From contig BTVJ01000036.1 in NCBI GenBank assembly GCA_045863395.1, forward strand, positions 1 to 64,000: a stretch of 64,000 bases of DNA, read 5' to 3'. Every line of letters begins with the position of its first letter. Within the stretch, counting starts at the first letter, position 1. Below, piece after piece: positions 37,572-48,700 of this stretch. The notes below the pieces were generated by a model. The model did not search any database. It was not told the origin of the DNA and saw nothing but the letters and a program-made list of their open reading frames with translations. This stretch comes from Myxococcales bacterium (GTDB lineage Bacteria > Myxococcota_A > UBA9042 > JABWCM01 > BTVJ01). The position numbers were made by a program, and so were the translations under genes.

Positions 37572-39890
37572 TCACCGCCGCGCGAGCACGTGGATGGGCC
37601 CGATGTGGACGCGCCCCTCGTCGTCACTGCCGGCCCCGCGCGGCGGGATGCGCTCGCCGTCCCCCTCCTTGTCCCACAGCCCGAACACGACCTCGTAGAC
37701 GCCCGGGGGGAGGTCCGCGGGAATCCGCACCCAAGACCGGTCCCGCACGAAGTCCCCCGGCCTCCAGGCCGACACGGGCCACGCGCCGGCGACGGGCTCG
37801 TGGTCCAGGTTGATGTGGCGGTCCCCGCCCACGAGGTGCATGAACAGCGCCCAACCGGGCCCCGCCTGAGCCAACACCTCGAAGTCCACGATGACCTGGA
37901 CCGAGTCGCCCGGCTCGATCACCCGCGGCTCGACGCTCCACCCCCGCAGCCGCACCGCGTCACCAAACCGGACGTCCGCCGCCGTGTCCACTGGCCCGGC
38001 CCCCCGCGTGACGAAGCGCTCGAGCAGCCGCTGCCGCTGCGCCTCATAGAGGCCCAGGGACCGCGCCTGCCAGTCGAGCATCGCAGCCCTGGCCTCGGAG
38101 AGCTCCCCTTCGCTGACCTCCGCCGCCAGGTCCACGGTCTGCCCCGGGTCGGTGGCCACGTCGTAGACCTCCATGGGCCGGCGGTCGAAGTGGTGGATGT
38201 AGGTGCGACCACCCCGCCGCATCCCGAGGCAGTAGGCCTCGTAGTGACACGCGAAGTACAGCGCCTCGTGCCCCGGCGAGGAGAGCAGGCTCCGCCCGGT
38301 CAGCGGCCCCGCCTCCACCCGCATCCCAAGGAGCTCCAGCACCGTCGGCACCACGTCCACGTTCTGCCGCAGCCCCTCGACGACTGTCCCCGGCTCGACG
38401 CCCGGTCCGGCGAGCACGAGCGGGACGCGGAGCCCCTCTTCGTAGAGGACCGCGTCGTGCTGGTAGCGCCCATGCTCGCCGAAGCCCTCCCCGTGATCCC
38501 CGATGACCACGAAGATCGTGTCATCGGCCAGGCCCCTGCGTTCCAGGCCCTCGACCACCTTGCCCAGGAACCGGTCCACGTACCGGACCGTGTCCAGGTA
38601 CCGGTCCAGCTCGGCGTTGCCGGTCCCCCAGCGGCGCCGGGCGAAGCCGGCCGGGACGGTGTACTCGTGGTGTGGCACCACCGTCGCCAGCGTCAGCAGG
38701 AAGGGCCCGCCCTGGCGCTCCGCCCAGCCGAGGGCCGGCTCGACGAGCACGTCGTCCTCGTAGCCGAAGTAGGAGCACCGGTCGAACCCTTCGGTCAACA
38801 GCGACTCCGGGCCCTTGTAGGTGGAGAAGCCGAAGCTGCGCGCGAGCAGATCGCCCCGCTCGTAGGCCTCGTCCACCGACTGGAACAAGGCCGTCGCCCA
38901 CCCGCGCTCACCGAGCAGCGCGGGCAGGCACTCCACCGGCATCGCGTCCGGGAGCGCCTCATCGTTGGCCACCACCACCTTGGGCGGGATCCCGCAGAGC
39001 AGCGGCACCAGGGACTTGGTCGTGTGCGGGATAGTGGTGTAGGCCTCGCGCACGAGCGCGCCGCGGGCGGCGAGGCGGGCGAGGTTGGGGGTCGTGTCGA
39101 GCGTTGGCGCATAGGGAGTCGTGGATTGGGCGCGAGTGGACTCCAGCACGACGATGACCACGTTGTGCCGCGGGGCCCCGTCCGCCACCGCCAGCCGAAG
39201 GGGCTCCACCGGCTCGACGCGCGGGGTGACGAGCGCACCCGCGCCGAACAGCCCCTGGAACACGTTGGCGACGGCCGGCGGGCGGAGCGGCTCCAGAGGG
39301 CCGGGGAGCCGGCCCCCGAGGGCCAGGAGACTGGTAGACAGGAGCAACAACGAAACCCCTGCGACGATCCGACGGATGCGCGAAGGTCCCGACGACGCCG
39401 ATTGTCCCAGACGAGCCCGCACGACCGGCAACACCCCCACGCCGATCGGTGCCATGATCAGGCAGGCGGCGAGGCCCATGGCCACCCACGCCCAGGTCGG
39501 AGTGGAGGCGAGCAGGACGGGACGCAGCTCCTCGAAGTGGGTCAGCCCGTGGCGCAACAAGCGGCCATCGAAGAGCGCCCCCGTGGTGACGAAGAAGCCG
39601 TGCTCGGCGACCGCAAGCACCGTCGCCCCACCCAGCACGAGCCCGACCCCAGCGAGGGCCAGCCACCGCCAGGCGCCCCGTGCGGCGTGGAGGAGCAGCA
39701 GGGACCCGAGACCGAGCGCGGCGAGCAGGACGACGTCCGACGAGACCGCCACGAGGCTGTACCAGCCCAGCCCCCTCCCGAGCACGGCCACCTTGTGCAG
39801 CTTGCAGCCGACGAGCACAAATGCCAGCGGCACCCACGCGGTCCCGACTGCCAGGAGCGTTCCACTCGTGGGAAGGGAGACTGCACCCAT
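37572..39890 (-). CDS. Membrane-bound sulfatase-like / LTA-synthase-family protein with a C-terminal Ig-like domain
   Basis: About 5 TM helices; NVVIVVLESTR, TPNL, PHTTKS (Thr nucleophile position), PHHEY, IGDHGEGFGEH, VPL, DVVPT; start uncertain. Confidence 0.8.
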   Translation of the reverse strand: MGAVSLPTSGTLLAVGTAWVPLAFVLVGCKLHKVAVLGRGLGWYSLVAVSSDVVLLAALGLGSLLLLHAARGAWRWLALAGVGLVLGGATVLAVAEHGFFVTTGALFDGRLLRHGLTHFEELRPVLLASTPTWAWVAMGLAACLIMAPIGVGVLPVVRARLGQSASSGPSRIRRIVAGVSLLLLSTSLLALGGRLPGPLEPLRPPAVANVFQGLFGAGALVTPRVEPVEPLRLAVADGAPRHNVVIVVLESTRAQSTTPYAPTLDTTPNLARLAARGALVREAYTTIPHTTKSLVPLLCGIPPKVVVANDEALPDAMPVECLPALLGERGWATALFQSVDEAYERGDLLARSFGFSTYKGPESLLTEGFDRCSYFGYEDDVLVEPALGWAERQGGPFLLTLATVVPHHEYTVPAGFARRRWGTGNAELDRYLDTVRYVDRFLGKVVEGLERRGLADDTIFVVIGDHGEGFGEHGRYQHDAVLYEEGLRVPLVLAGPGVEPGTVVEGLRQNVDVVPTVLELLGMRVEAGPLTGRSLLSSPGHEALYFACHYEAYCLGMRRGGRTYIHHFDRRPMEVYDVATDPGQTVDLAAEVSEGELSEARAAMLDWQARSLGLYEAQRQRLLERFVTRGAGPVDTAADVRFGDAVRLRGWSVEPRVIEPGDSVQVIVDFEVLAQAGPGWALFMHLVGGDRHINLDHEPVAGAWPVSAWRPGDFVRDRSWVRIPADLPPGVYEVVFGLWDKEGDGERIPPRGAGSDDEGRVHIGPIHVLARR

Positions 39891-40164
39891 CCACCGAGAG
39901 ATCGCCCCACCAAGTGGCCCACGCGAGAGACTCCCAGCCCGACCGCTCATGTACACCCATGGGTCCGCGGCGCGAGACCGCGAGTAACGGAGGGACGGAC
40001 GGCTCGACCCGAGCTGCAACGCTACGCCAGTCGGAGCCGGCAGTCCAGTAGTGCTCGACGGCGCGTTCTCGCTCGATTGAGCCCTGGCGCGTCACCAAGA
40101 CACTCCGCAAACGCTGGCGCCGCGCCCCGGCTTCGTGTCATCCTTGCGCGGCCTCGGAGGGACC

Positions 40165-42585
40165 ATGAACGCTCAGCGGAGACTCCTCACGCTCGCGCTG
40201 CTCGCCGCAGCGGCGTGCGCCCCGGACGAAGATCCCACGGATTGGGGCACCCGGGAGGGCCCCCTCGCGGCATACTGCACGGCCAACGTCACGGGCAAGG
40301 GCGCGAAGGAGGTCGAGGGCGACTACCTCGCCCACGTGATCACCTGCGAGAACGGGGGCGCCCCGTTCGAGGCGCTGAAGGCTCAGGCGGTCGCGGCGCG
40401 GAGCTACCTCTACTACAAGCTCTCGACGTCGGGCGCCATCGGAGACGGGCAGAACGATCAGGTCTACACCTGCAACGCCCAGCCCGCTGCCCACCACTAC
40501 AAGGCCGTGGAAGAGACGGCGGGCCAGGTCCTCCGCTACCAGGGCACCCAGGTCGCCGCGTTCTATGTGGCGGGGGCCAAGCCCTCGGCCGGCGACTGCG
40601 TGGCGAAGGGCGGCGACCCGGACCCCTACACCACCGAGAAGTGGGTGACCTACAACTGGGGCAAGTCCGGTGGCGGCGTCACCCAGACACCGCTCGGCTG
40701 GGTCAACCAGGGGAACAAGGCCAACCGCGGCTGCAAGAGCCAGAACGGCGCCCGGTGCCTGGCCGACCACGGCTGGGGCTACGTGGACATCCTCAAGTTC
40801 TACTATGGCATGGACATCGAGCTGGTCACGGCAGAGGGAGCCTGCGTGGGCGAAGCCCCACCACCACCGCCTCCACCACCGCCCCCCCCACCGCCCTATG
40901 AGCCCACTTGGCGGCACGTGGCGCAGCGCCCCGACGGATCGGGCTTCACCCTGGACGGCACCGGCGCCCTCCACCCCTTCGGAGGCGCTCCACCGATCAC
41001 CGACGGACCATCCTGGAAGGAGCAGGACGTCGCCCGCTCCTTTGCGCTGCGCCCCGACGGCCAGAGCGGCTGGGTCCTGGACCTCTACGGCGGCCTCCAC
41101 CCCTTTGGCGGCGCCCCGGAGGCCGGCGCGACCTGGTACGACACGAGCGGAGACAAGGCGCGCGCCCTGGCGCTCGTCGACGACGCCGGCTGGGTCCTCG
41201 ACGGCTTCGGCAACCTCCACCCCTTCGGCGGCGCCCCGACGGTGAGCGCGCAGACGTTCAGTGTGGACATCGCCCGCGACGTGGTCGTGAGCCGCGACGG
41301 CGCCTCCGGGTGGGTGCTGGACGGCTGGGGAGCCACCCACCCCTTCGGCGGCGCGCCGCCGCTCCCGGCAGGCCCCGATCTCGGCGGTCAGGACCTCGCC
41401 CGAGCGCTGCTCTTGAGCTTCGACGAGCAGTCCGGGTGGATCCTGACCTCGGACGGCGCCCTCCACCCCTTCGGCGGCGCGCTCCCCATCGTCCAAGGCC
41501 CCTCCTGGCCCGGCACGACCTTCGCGGCCAGCGCGGCGCTCGGACGAGACGCGGTCAGCGGCATCGTGCTCGACAGGGACGGCGGCATCTCCCCCTTCGC
41601 CGCCGAGCCGGGCGCGCGGGCGCTGCTCCTCCGTGACGACGGGGCCAGTGGCTGGATCGTGCATGCGACGGGGCGCCTCGACCCCTTCGGCTCGGCCCCC
41701 GAGGCAGGCCTCCCGCCTCCCTTCGCGCAGACCGCCGAGGCGCGGGACGGCGGGCTCCTCCCGGGCCACGACGCAGGCTGGGTGCTCGGCCGCTCCGGCG
41801 CGCTCCTCCCCTTCGGTGGGGCCCCGTCCCTGCTGGACGGCCCGCTCTTCGGCGACGCCAACGTCGCGCGGCGCCTGCTGCTCCGCAAGGACGGCGCCTC
41901 GGGTTGGATGCTCCTCGGCACAGGGGCTCTCGCCCCGTTCGGCGGTGCGCCAGACTGCCAGCCCGCCCCCCTCTGGACGGCCGACGTGGCTCGCGACGCG
42001 GCCGTCCTGCCCGGCGATCTCTCCGGCTACGTCCTGGACGCCGCCGGCGGCCTCTCACCGTTCGGAGGCGCGCCCCCTGCCCCCCTCGCGGCCCCGCCCG
42101 GCGTGCCCGCGCGGGCCATGGCCCTGCGCGACGGAGGCGGCTACGTGCTGTTCGGCGACGGTCGTGTGCTCCCCTTCGGCGGCGCGCCGCCCGTGTCGGC
42201 CGCCCCCTCCTGGCCCGGGTGGGACGTGGCGGTGGACCTGGCGCTCCTGCCGACCGGTGGCGGGTGGGTCGCCGACGTGTACGGCGAGCTCCACCTCTTC
42301 GTGACCAGTGAGCCCGGGGCCCCTCCCCCGCCGCCCACCGGAGAGCCCGACGCAGGCGCTTGGGCTCCTCCACCCGGCGACGAGGACGCCAAGAGCTTCG
42401 TCGTCGGGTCGACGGGGCCCGGGGAGAGCCTGGCGCCCGATGCCGTCGGCCAGCAGCCCACCGCGACCTACGCATCGTCGGCCGACGGGGGGTGCAGCGG
42501 CTCACGGGGTCCCTCGTCATGGCTCGCCCTCTGCCTTGCTCTCGGTCTCCTCGTCCGCTCCCGCCGCACCCCCACCAAGAGCTGA
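40165..42585 (+). CDS. SpoIID/LytB-domain lipoprotein with 12 beta-propeller-like repeats and a MYXO-CTERM-like tail
   Basis: Lipobox AAAC; YLAHVITCE...EALKAQAVAARSY...DQVY...ETAGQVL (SpoIID); poly-Pro linker; GWxLDxxGxLHPFGGAP repeats; tail GGCSGS...WLALCLALGLLVRSRR. Confidence 0.85.
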   Translation: MNAQRRLLTLALLAAAACAPDEDPTDWGTREGPLAAYCTANVTGKGAKEVEGDYLAHVITCENGGAPFEALKAQAVAARSYLYYKLSTSGAIGDGQNDQVYTCNAQPAAHHYKAVEETAGQVLRYQGTQVAAFYVAGAKPSAGDCVAKGGDPDPYTTEKWVTYNWGKSGGGVTQTPLGWVNQGNKANRGCKSQNGARCLADHGWGYVDILKFYYGMDIELVTAEGACVGEAPPPPPPPPPPPPPYEPTWRHVAQRPDGSGFTLDGTGALHPFGGAPPITDGPSWKEQDVARSFALRPDGQSGWVLDLYGGLHPFGGAPEAGATWYDTSGDKARALALVDDAGWVLDGFGNLHPFGGAPTVSAQTFSVDIARDVVVSRDGASGWVLDGWGATHPFGGAPPLPAGPDLGGQDLARALLLSFDEQSGWILTSDGALHPFGGALPIVQGPSWPGTTFAASAALGRDAVSGIVLDRDGGISPFAAEPGARALLLRDDGASGWIVHATGRLDPFGSAPEAGLPPPFAQTAEARDGGLLPGHDAGWVLGRSGALLPFGGAPSLLDGPLFGDANVARRLLLRKDGASGWMLLGTGALAPFGGAPDCQPAPLWTADVARDAAVLPGDLSGYVLDAAGGLSPFGGAPPAPLAAPPGVPARAMALRDGGGYVLFGDGRVLPFGGAPPVSAAPSWPGWDVAVDLALLPTGGGWVADVYGELHLFVTSEPGAPPPPPTGEPDAGAWAPPPGDEDAKSFVVGSTGPGESLAPDAVGQQPTATYASSADGGCSGSRGPSSWLALCLALGLLVRSRRTPTKS
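40940..42300 (+). repeat. Twelve intragenic ~40-aa repeats (core GWxLDxxGxLHPFGGAP)
   Basis: Counted in the translation; the DNA motif CCCTTCGGCGGCGC recurs. Confidence 0.8.
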
Positions 42586-42776
42586 GTCCCCCTCGACTGC
42601 CCAGATGCCAACCCCTGCGCCCGGGACGACCGCGAGCTCGCGAAGAGCCGGCGCCACCACCCCGTGGAGCCCTGCGCCTGCAATCCAAACGACGGCCGCC
42701 AACAGGAGCCGGGTGTCTGGGGGGTGGGGGAAGACGAACCCCCTCCGTGCGAGCGTTGGCGCACCACGGTCTGGTG

Positions 42777-45700
42777 TCAGCGCCGCGTACCCGCCTCGAT
42801 CAACGTTCCGGTAGACTCCAACAGCGTGTCGCGCACCGGGTCAGCAGCACCCCGCAGCGTGCTCCGCAGATCGGCCGCGGTCAGACGGAGGGTGCTCACG
42901 CTGTCGGCGGGGATGCGCACCGTACCGAGGAGGTCCTGGGTGACTCCGCCGCCGGCCGTCCGCACCAGGTCGGCCGCAGGGCGATACGCGGTGCCGACCA
43001 CGTCCTGCGCGTCCACGAAGGCGGTCTGGAGCAGGTCGCGCGTGTCGAGCCGTTGGGTGCGGAGGATGTCCTGCGTCCTCCCGGCGGCCGCGTCGATGGC
43101 CTCGGAGACCGTGTTCGGGTCGCGGAGACCGGAGCCCTTGACCCAGCTCTCGACCTCCTCCACCGCCGCCGCGAAGAACTCGTCGATCTCGGCATCCTTG
43201 TACTCGTCGAGGATGAGCCCGTAGGTGTTCTCGTACTTGCGCGCGACGTCCAGCACCTTCCGCTCGAAGCCGATCACTTTCGGATCTGCCACGTCGAGTC
43301 CGCCCTTGAGGATGCTGCGCGCGTAGCCCGGCGGGAGGATCACGGTCTGGATCTGCGCCGCGATCTCGTTCGCCGTCACCATCGCCGCCTTCTGCACGAG
43401 GCCCTGCTGCGCAAACTCGATACCCCCTGCGAAGAGGTTGTAGTACGCCGTGGGGTTGGACTGTTTGACCAGCGCCCGGGCCCGCCGCAGGAACCGCCGC
43501 TCCAGATTGCGCGCGAGCTCCGCACGCCGGCTCGCCTGCCGGAGCGCCGCCACCGGCGCTGGGGCGTCGAGCTGTCCGGCGCCGCGAATCCCCAGGAAGG
43601 ACCCGCCGGCACTCACCAGGGTCGCGCCGACGCTCATCCAGGACAGGCTCCCCGTCTGGAGATACTCCCTGCGCAGCGAGATCACGTCACCGGCGAGCTG
43701 GCCCAGGATGGAACCGATGGAGTTCGGCGCCGCAACGAAGATGGGCAGCGTGATGATGATGGCGATGAGGTCGAAGGACTTCTTGTTCTCTTGAATCACG
43801 TCCCCAAAGGTCGTCTGCGCGTGCCAGAAGTCGCCGAGCCAGTCCTGGTGGAAGTCCTTCTCGAAGCCGAGACCCGCCGTATACGAGGTTCCATCGAAGG
43901 GCTGCAGCTCCGACGTGGGTGAGACCCAGCGAAAGACGCGCTGCGTGTCGGCGATGTAGGGCTGCGGCTTGGCGTTGGTCAGCAGCAGGTTGGTGCCCCG
44001 CGGCACGATCTGCCCGCTCTCCCGATCGAGAAAGCCGACGAACCCCAGATCGAGGTCCTGGATGGGCACTGCCTCGACACCGTAGGCCGCCGTGAAGTAT
44101 GGCATATCCCCGTCGGGCGTCCGCACGAACCGTGACGTCCCGCTGAGCAGCAGCTTGCCCTTGGTGTCGAGTGTCTCCCCTTCGAACTTGTACACGTACT
44201 CCTGGATCAGGTCATCGCCCAGGTATACGAATCGCCGCGGGCGCTCCGAACGCAGCGTGGATGGCGCATCGTAGGTCTCGAGCACCCGGCGGTCGAGCGC
44301 GTCGTACTGCAGCCGCCGCCGGCTCGCCACGCAGGTCCCGAAGTTGCAGTTCTTCCCGATGATTGACTTGTCGTCGGTCGTGATCAGCCGGTCAAACAGA
44401 TCGTAAGTGTGGCGATCCCGGTCGCCGATGTCGGCCCCAGACAGAGTGACTCCCTCGCGCAGGCGGCCGGACGGCGTGTGCAGATAGGCCCAGAAGCTGC
44501 GGTTCTTGGGCGGCACCGTGTTGAACCCGATGGTGGTGTCCGTCGCCTCCGGCGGACTGCTGACGACGCTGCCCAGGAAGTTCATCTCGTCGCCCTGCAA
44601 CGTGCACTTCGTGCCCAGCGGGTCGGACTCGTTGACCCTGCACATCATCAGGTGCCGCACGTGACAGACCCGCTCCTCCACGCCCTGCTCGGCGCACAGC
44701 GTCGAGGCCGCGGACTCGTCTCTGTAGGTGAACCGCACATGGGTGAGCTCCTGCAGCTTCTTCGGGAGGGTCGGGTCCCAGCTCACGGTCAGGTGCTCTC
44801 GCCGCCGGGCCCCATCATACGTCGTGAGGCCGAGCAGGAGCTGTGCCTTTCCGGTCGCTGCGCCATAGGTGGTGGTCAGCGTGCGGCGGGTGAGGCCCAG
44901 GCCGTCCGTGTCGTTGAGCAGGTAGCTGCTCGGCAGGGGCCGCGCCTGGAAGGTCGTGTAGGAGAACAACCCACCCAGGTTCGTCGCCGGATTGTAGAGG
45001 GCGGGGTCCACGTGGCTCTTTCCGATCAAGACCTGTGGCAGCAGCGCCACGTCTCCCACCGGCTTCAGATCGTTCTGGAAGGCCCGGTTCGTGGTGATCA
45101 CCGGGTCTCCTCGCAGGAAGACGCGGCGGCTCTCGTAGAACGGGAGCACCTCGCTGTCCTGGAAGTGCTGCACGAGATACGGGGCGCCGATGTCGTCGTA
45201 GCCATAGACCGACCGAATCGCCCCCGCAGCCAGGATCGTAGCCTTCTTGCTGGCGATTCGATCCCCCGAGTACTTCCAATCTATGAAGGAGGTCCCCAGA
45301 TCGACGCGGGTGAGCCGGTCGAGCGCGTCGTGCTCCCAATAGGACAGCTCCGGCGAGTCCGCCGCATCCCAGTACAGCGCGGTCCGGTTGCCCCTGGCGT
45401 CGACCCGCGAGCGGGTCACGACCGTCGCGAGGCGACGCTGCTCCAGCTCAGCGGCGGTCAGGTTGCCCACGTCGCCCTTGTGGAGCGTGTGGCGCTCCTC
45501 GAGGACCGACCCGCCAGAGTCGTGGAACCAGCGGACGGTGGTGTATGCCAGGGCACCCTCCCGCTCCTGGGCGCCGGTCATCGCGCCCAGGGCGTCGTAG
45601 CGGTAGATCTTGGCGGCCGACTGACCCGCCTCCGCATAGGCAGACGGCGCGTCGCCCGGCGCCCATGGGGCCGTAGCCTCGACCCGCGTCGCTCGCCCCA

Positions 45701-48700
45701 GCGTGTCCCAGGTGGTCGTGCGGACGATCCCCGTCGGGCTGGTCTCTGACAGGAGGTTCCCGGCCGCGTCCCGGACGTGCTCGACGACGGCGGTGCCTTC
45801 ACGCCCGTTCGGCCACGTCCGCCGGATGCGCCCGAAGGCGTCGTGCGCCCACGAGGTCCGCTCCTGCACCGCGCCTCCGGTGTCGGGCAGCGTGGCAAAC
45901 GCCCCACCCACGATCCGCTCCTCGTCCGTCGGCGTGCGACCCCGCCAGGTGGTCCGCGTGCCCCGAGCCCCCTTGTCGTTGCGAGGCCCCTCGAGACGTG
46001 TCTGGCCCAGTCGGTCGTAGCGTCGCTCCCAAATGGCGCCGCGCTTGTCGATCCAGGCCCGCTTGCGCCCCCGGGCGTCGTAGACGATCTGCTCGGACTG
46101 TCCCTCGCCCCGCAGGATCTTCGTCTTCCGTCCGGCGGTGTCGAGCTGCCAGGTCTCGGTCACCGTCACCGTCGCCTCGCCCGTGTCGGTCTGGGTGTGC
46201 CCCGTGACGCGGCCTGCGCCGTCGAAGGCCCAGGTGATCTGGGAGCCCCCGGTCACACCGCCCGCCGAGCGCCGCGCCAGGCAGGCCTCGCCCAGGGCCG
46301 TGTGCGCCGTCTCGAAGGTCTCGCCGTCATCGCGCCGGCGGAGCGTCACCAGGTCGCGGTCGTCGTAGCCGTAGGTCTCCGTCGTGCTGGTGGGGCCGGG
46401 CGCGTCCGTCAGCTTGCTCGGGTCCTGGCGAACGAACCGGTGCTGCGTGCGCTCGGCGACACGCCCCCAGGCGTCGTAGGCGTAGGCCTCCGACGCGAGC
46501 TTGCGGCTCGTGCAGCCGGCGCCAGTCAGCGGCTCGGGGCCGGCGTTGGCTGCGCCGTCGTCGCCGAAGATCTCGCGCTTCGCCGGGTTGTCGTCGGCGT
46601 CGTAGGGGCCGAGCACCGTCTTCAGGATGGGGGTCGTCGGACCCAGGCACGAGGCCGGGTCGTAGACGCGCTCCTCGAGCAGGCGCCCGTGGCCGTCCCA
46701 GACCTTCTCGATGAGGTGGAGCGCGCCGGGTGTCGAGCGCGGGTCGACGAGCACGGCCAGCCGGTCCTCCACGTCGAGGTAGCGGTCCGTCTCCCGCGCC
46801 GAGGCGTAGGGAGACTCCACCTCCGCGTCCTCGAAGCCGTCGCTCTCACGCACGAAGAGCGGGTTCTGGTGCGTGTCGTAGGTCGTCTTGCGGATGACCA
46901 CCTTTGGCCCATAGGAGGCCAGGGTGGCCGGGTCCGGGTCGGGCAGGTCAGAGAGCAGCTCGAGGGCGCCCTGACCCTTCTTCAGCGTCGTCGCGATGAG
47001 GTCGAAGGTCGCCGCGTCGACGCCTCCACCGGGCGTGAGGCGGCGAATGGGGTTGCCGCGACCGTCGAGCCCGAGCACCTCGAAGTCTCGGTCGAGCCCG
47101 CCGTCCGGATTCTCCAGCGTGCCGACGCGCCTGCCCGCGAGGTCGTAGAAGTGCTCGACCCTCTCGATGCGGGCGTTGACGTTCCCGAACACGGAGGCAA
47201 ACGACGACGACAGGGTGGAGAACGTGTCCCGCGCGTCGTGCTCGACCGCCTTCGGCAGGTCGCGGGGCGTCCACGTCGTGGTCACCGTGGCCGCGATGCC
47301 GGCCGGGTCGAGCACCTCCTTCACCACCCGATCCTTCATGTCGTAGGTGCGCTCCTCGACGATCCCCGCGCCGCCGTTCTTGCGCGTGGTCCGCACGGTG
47401 TTGCCGCGCCCGTCGACCTCGTAGGCCCTCTCGAAGGCGACCGGGACGGACGCGCACTCGGGCGGCACCGCGCCGGTCTCGGTCTCTCCGATCAGGTGGC
47501 CGAGCGCTGGCTTCGGGACCTTGCCGCGGTGGAAGGCGGTGGGGTTGGCGCCCCCTCCCGCGTCCACGCCGTACGCATACTCGGTGCGGCGTCGCTCGTT
47601 CCCGCCGAGCAGCACCGCGGCAGACGAGAGCAGGCCCCGCTGCGCTCCTGACGGAACGTAGGCGTACTCGTCGGTCCAGGCGTCCCCGGACACGGGCGCC
47701 CGGTCGCGGCGCAGGTGCCGGCAGACCTCTCCCGGCTTGCCCAGGGGGTCCGCGCCTCCCACGGTCCAGAGGGTCTCGCGACCGGACGGCGTCACCTCGC
47801 GCACCAGGAGCTGGCAGGCGGGGTCGTACTCCCAGGTCCAGGTCTTGGGCGCCGTGTCTCCAGCCGGGATCACCTGCCTCGTGAGCGCCCTGCCGCGGTC
47901 GTTGTAGGTGAACACCGTCCTCCGGCCGCTCGGGTGGAGCTCCTCCTCGACCTGGCCGTGGGCGGTGTAGGTGTACTCCCAGGTCAACGTCGTCTCGGTG
48001 CGGCCCGGCGGGAAGAGCTTCCCGTCCCAGACCTCGCGGGGGTAGCTCAGCGACGCCACCACGCTCGGGCCTCCGGCGCCGAGCGGGGCGAGCGCGTAGG
48101 TGCGCGGCGTGCCGCGGCCGTCGGTGACGACCACGGTAGCCGCGGATGGTGCCGCGAACGTATAGACCATGCCACGGCGGAGGCCCGGGCCCTGGCCGTC
48201 GTCCTGGCCGATGACCTGCCGGACGACGTGGCCGTCTCCGTCATACTCGACGCGCAGCGCCGGCTCCACGTCGCCGGGCAGGCGCACCGTGAGCAGGCGC
48301 CCATCGGCGTCGTAGGTGTACCGCGTGGTCTCGTCGATCTTCAGGGCCGCGTCTGGCGATGCAAACAGGCGCTGCACCCGGTCGAGCACCACGCCACCAT
48401 CAGGGAGGGTGGCGTAGCCGTAGCGGATCTCCCGCCCGAAGGGGTCGGTGAGCTTCGCGATGCGCGGGGCCCGCTGCGCACCGCTCCCCGCGTCCTCCCA
48501 CGCGACCTTCCACTCCCGGTTGCGCGTGTCGACGATGCGGGTGAGCTGGCGCACCTGGGTGATCGGATGAATGGGACCCTCGTACAGGAGCTCGATCTCG
48601 CGGAACCGCGGGTCGATGATGCGGATGAGCTGCCCGCGGCAGTTGAAGATGCGGCGCGTGCCACCGGGCTCGCGTAGCTCGTAGAACCGCCGCTCGCCCG

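Noticed and set aside
40858..40896. CCA/CCG run as a contingency repeat
   Set aside because: Mixed Pro codons encoding an ordinary poly-Pro linker.
42586..42776. Immunity gene or IS end downstream of the YD protein
   Set aside because: Minus-strand ORFs here are short, lack an RBS and overlap the convergent SpoIID gene; the G-rich stretch has no clear terminal repeat.
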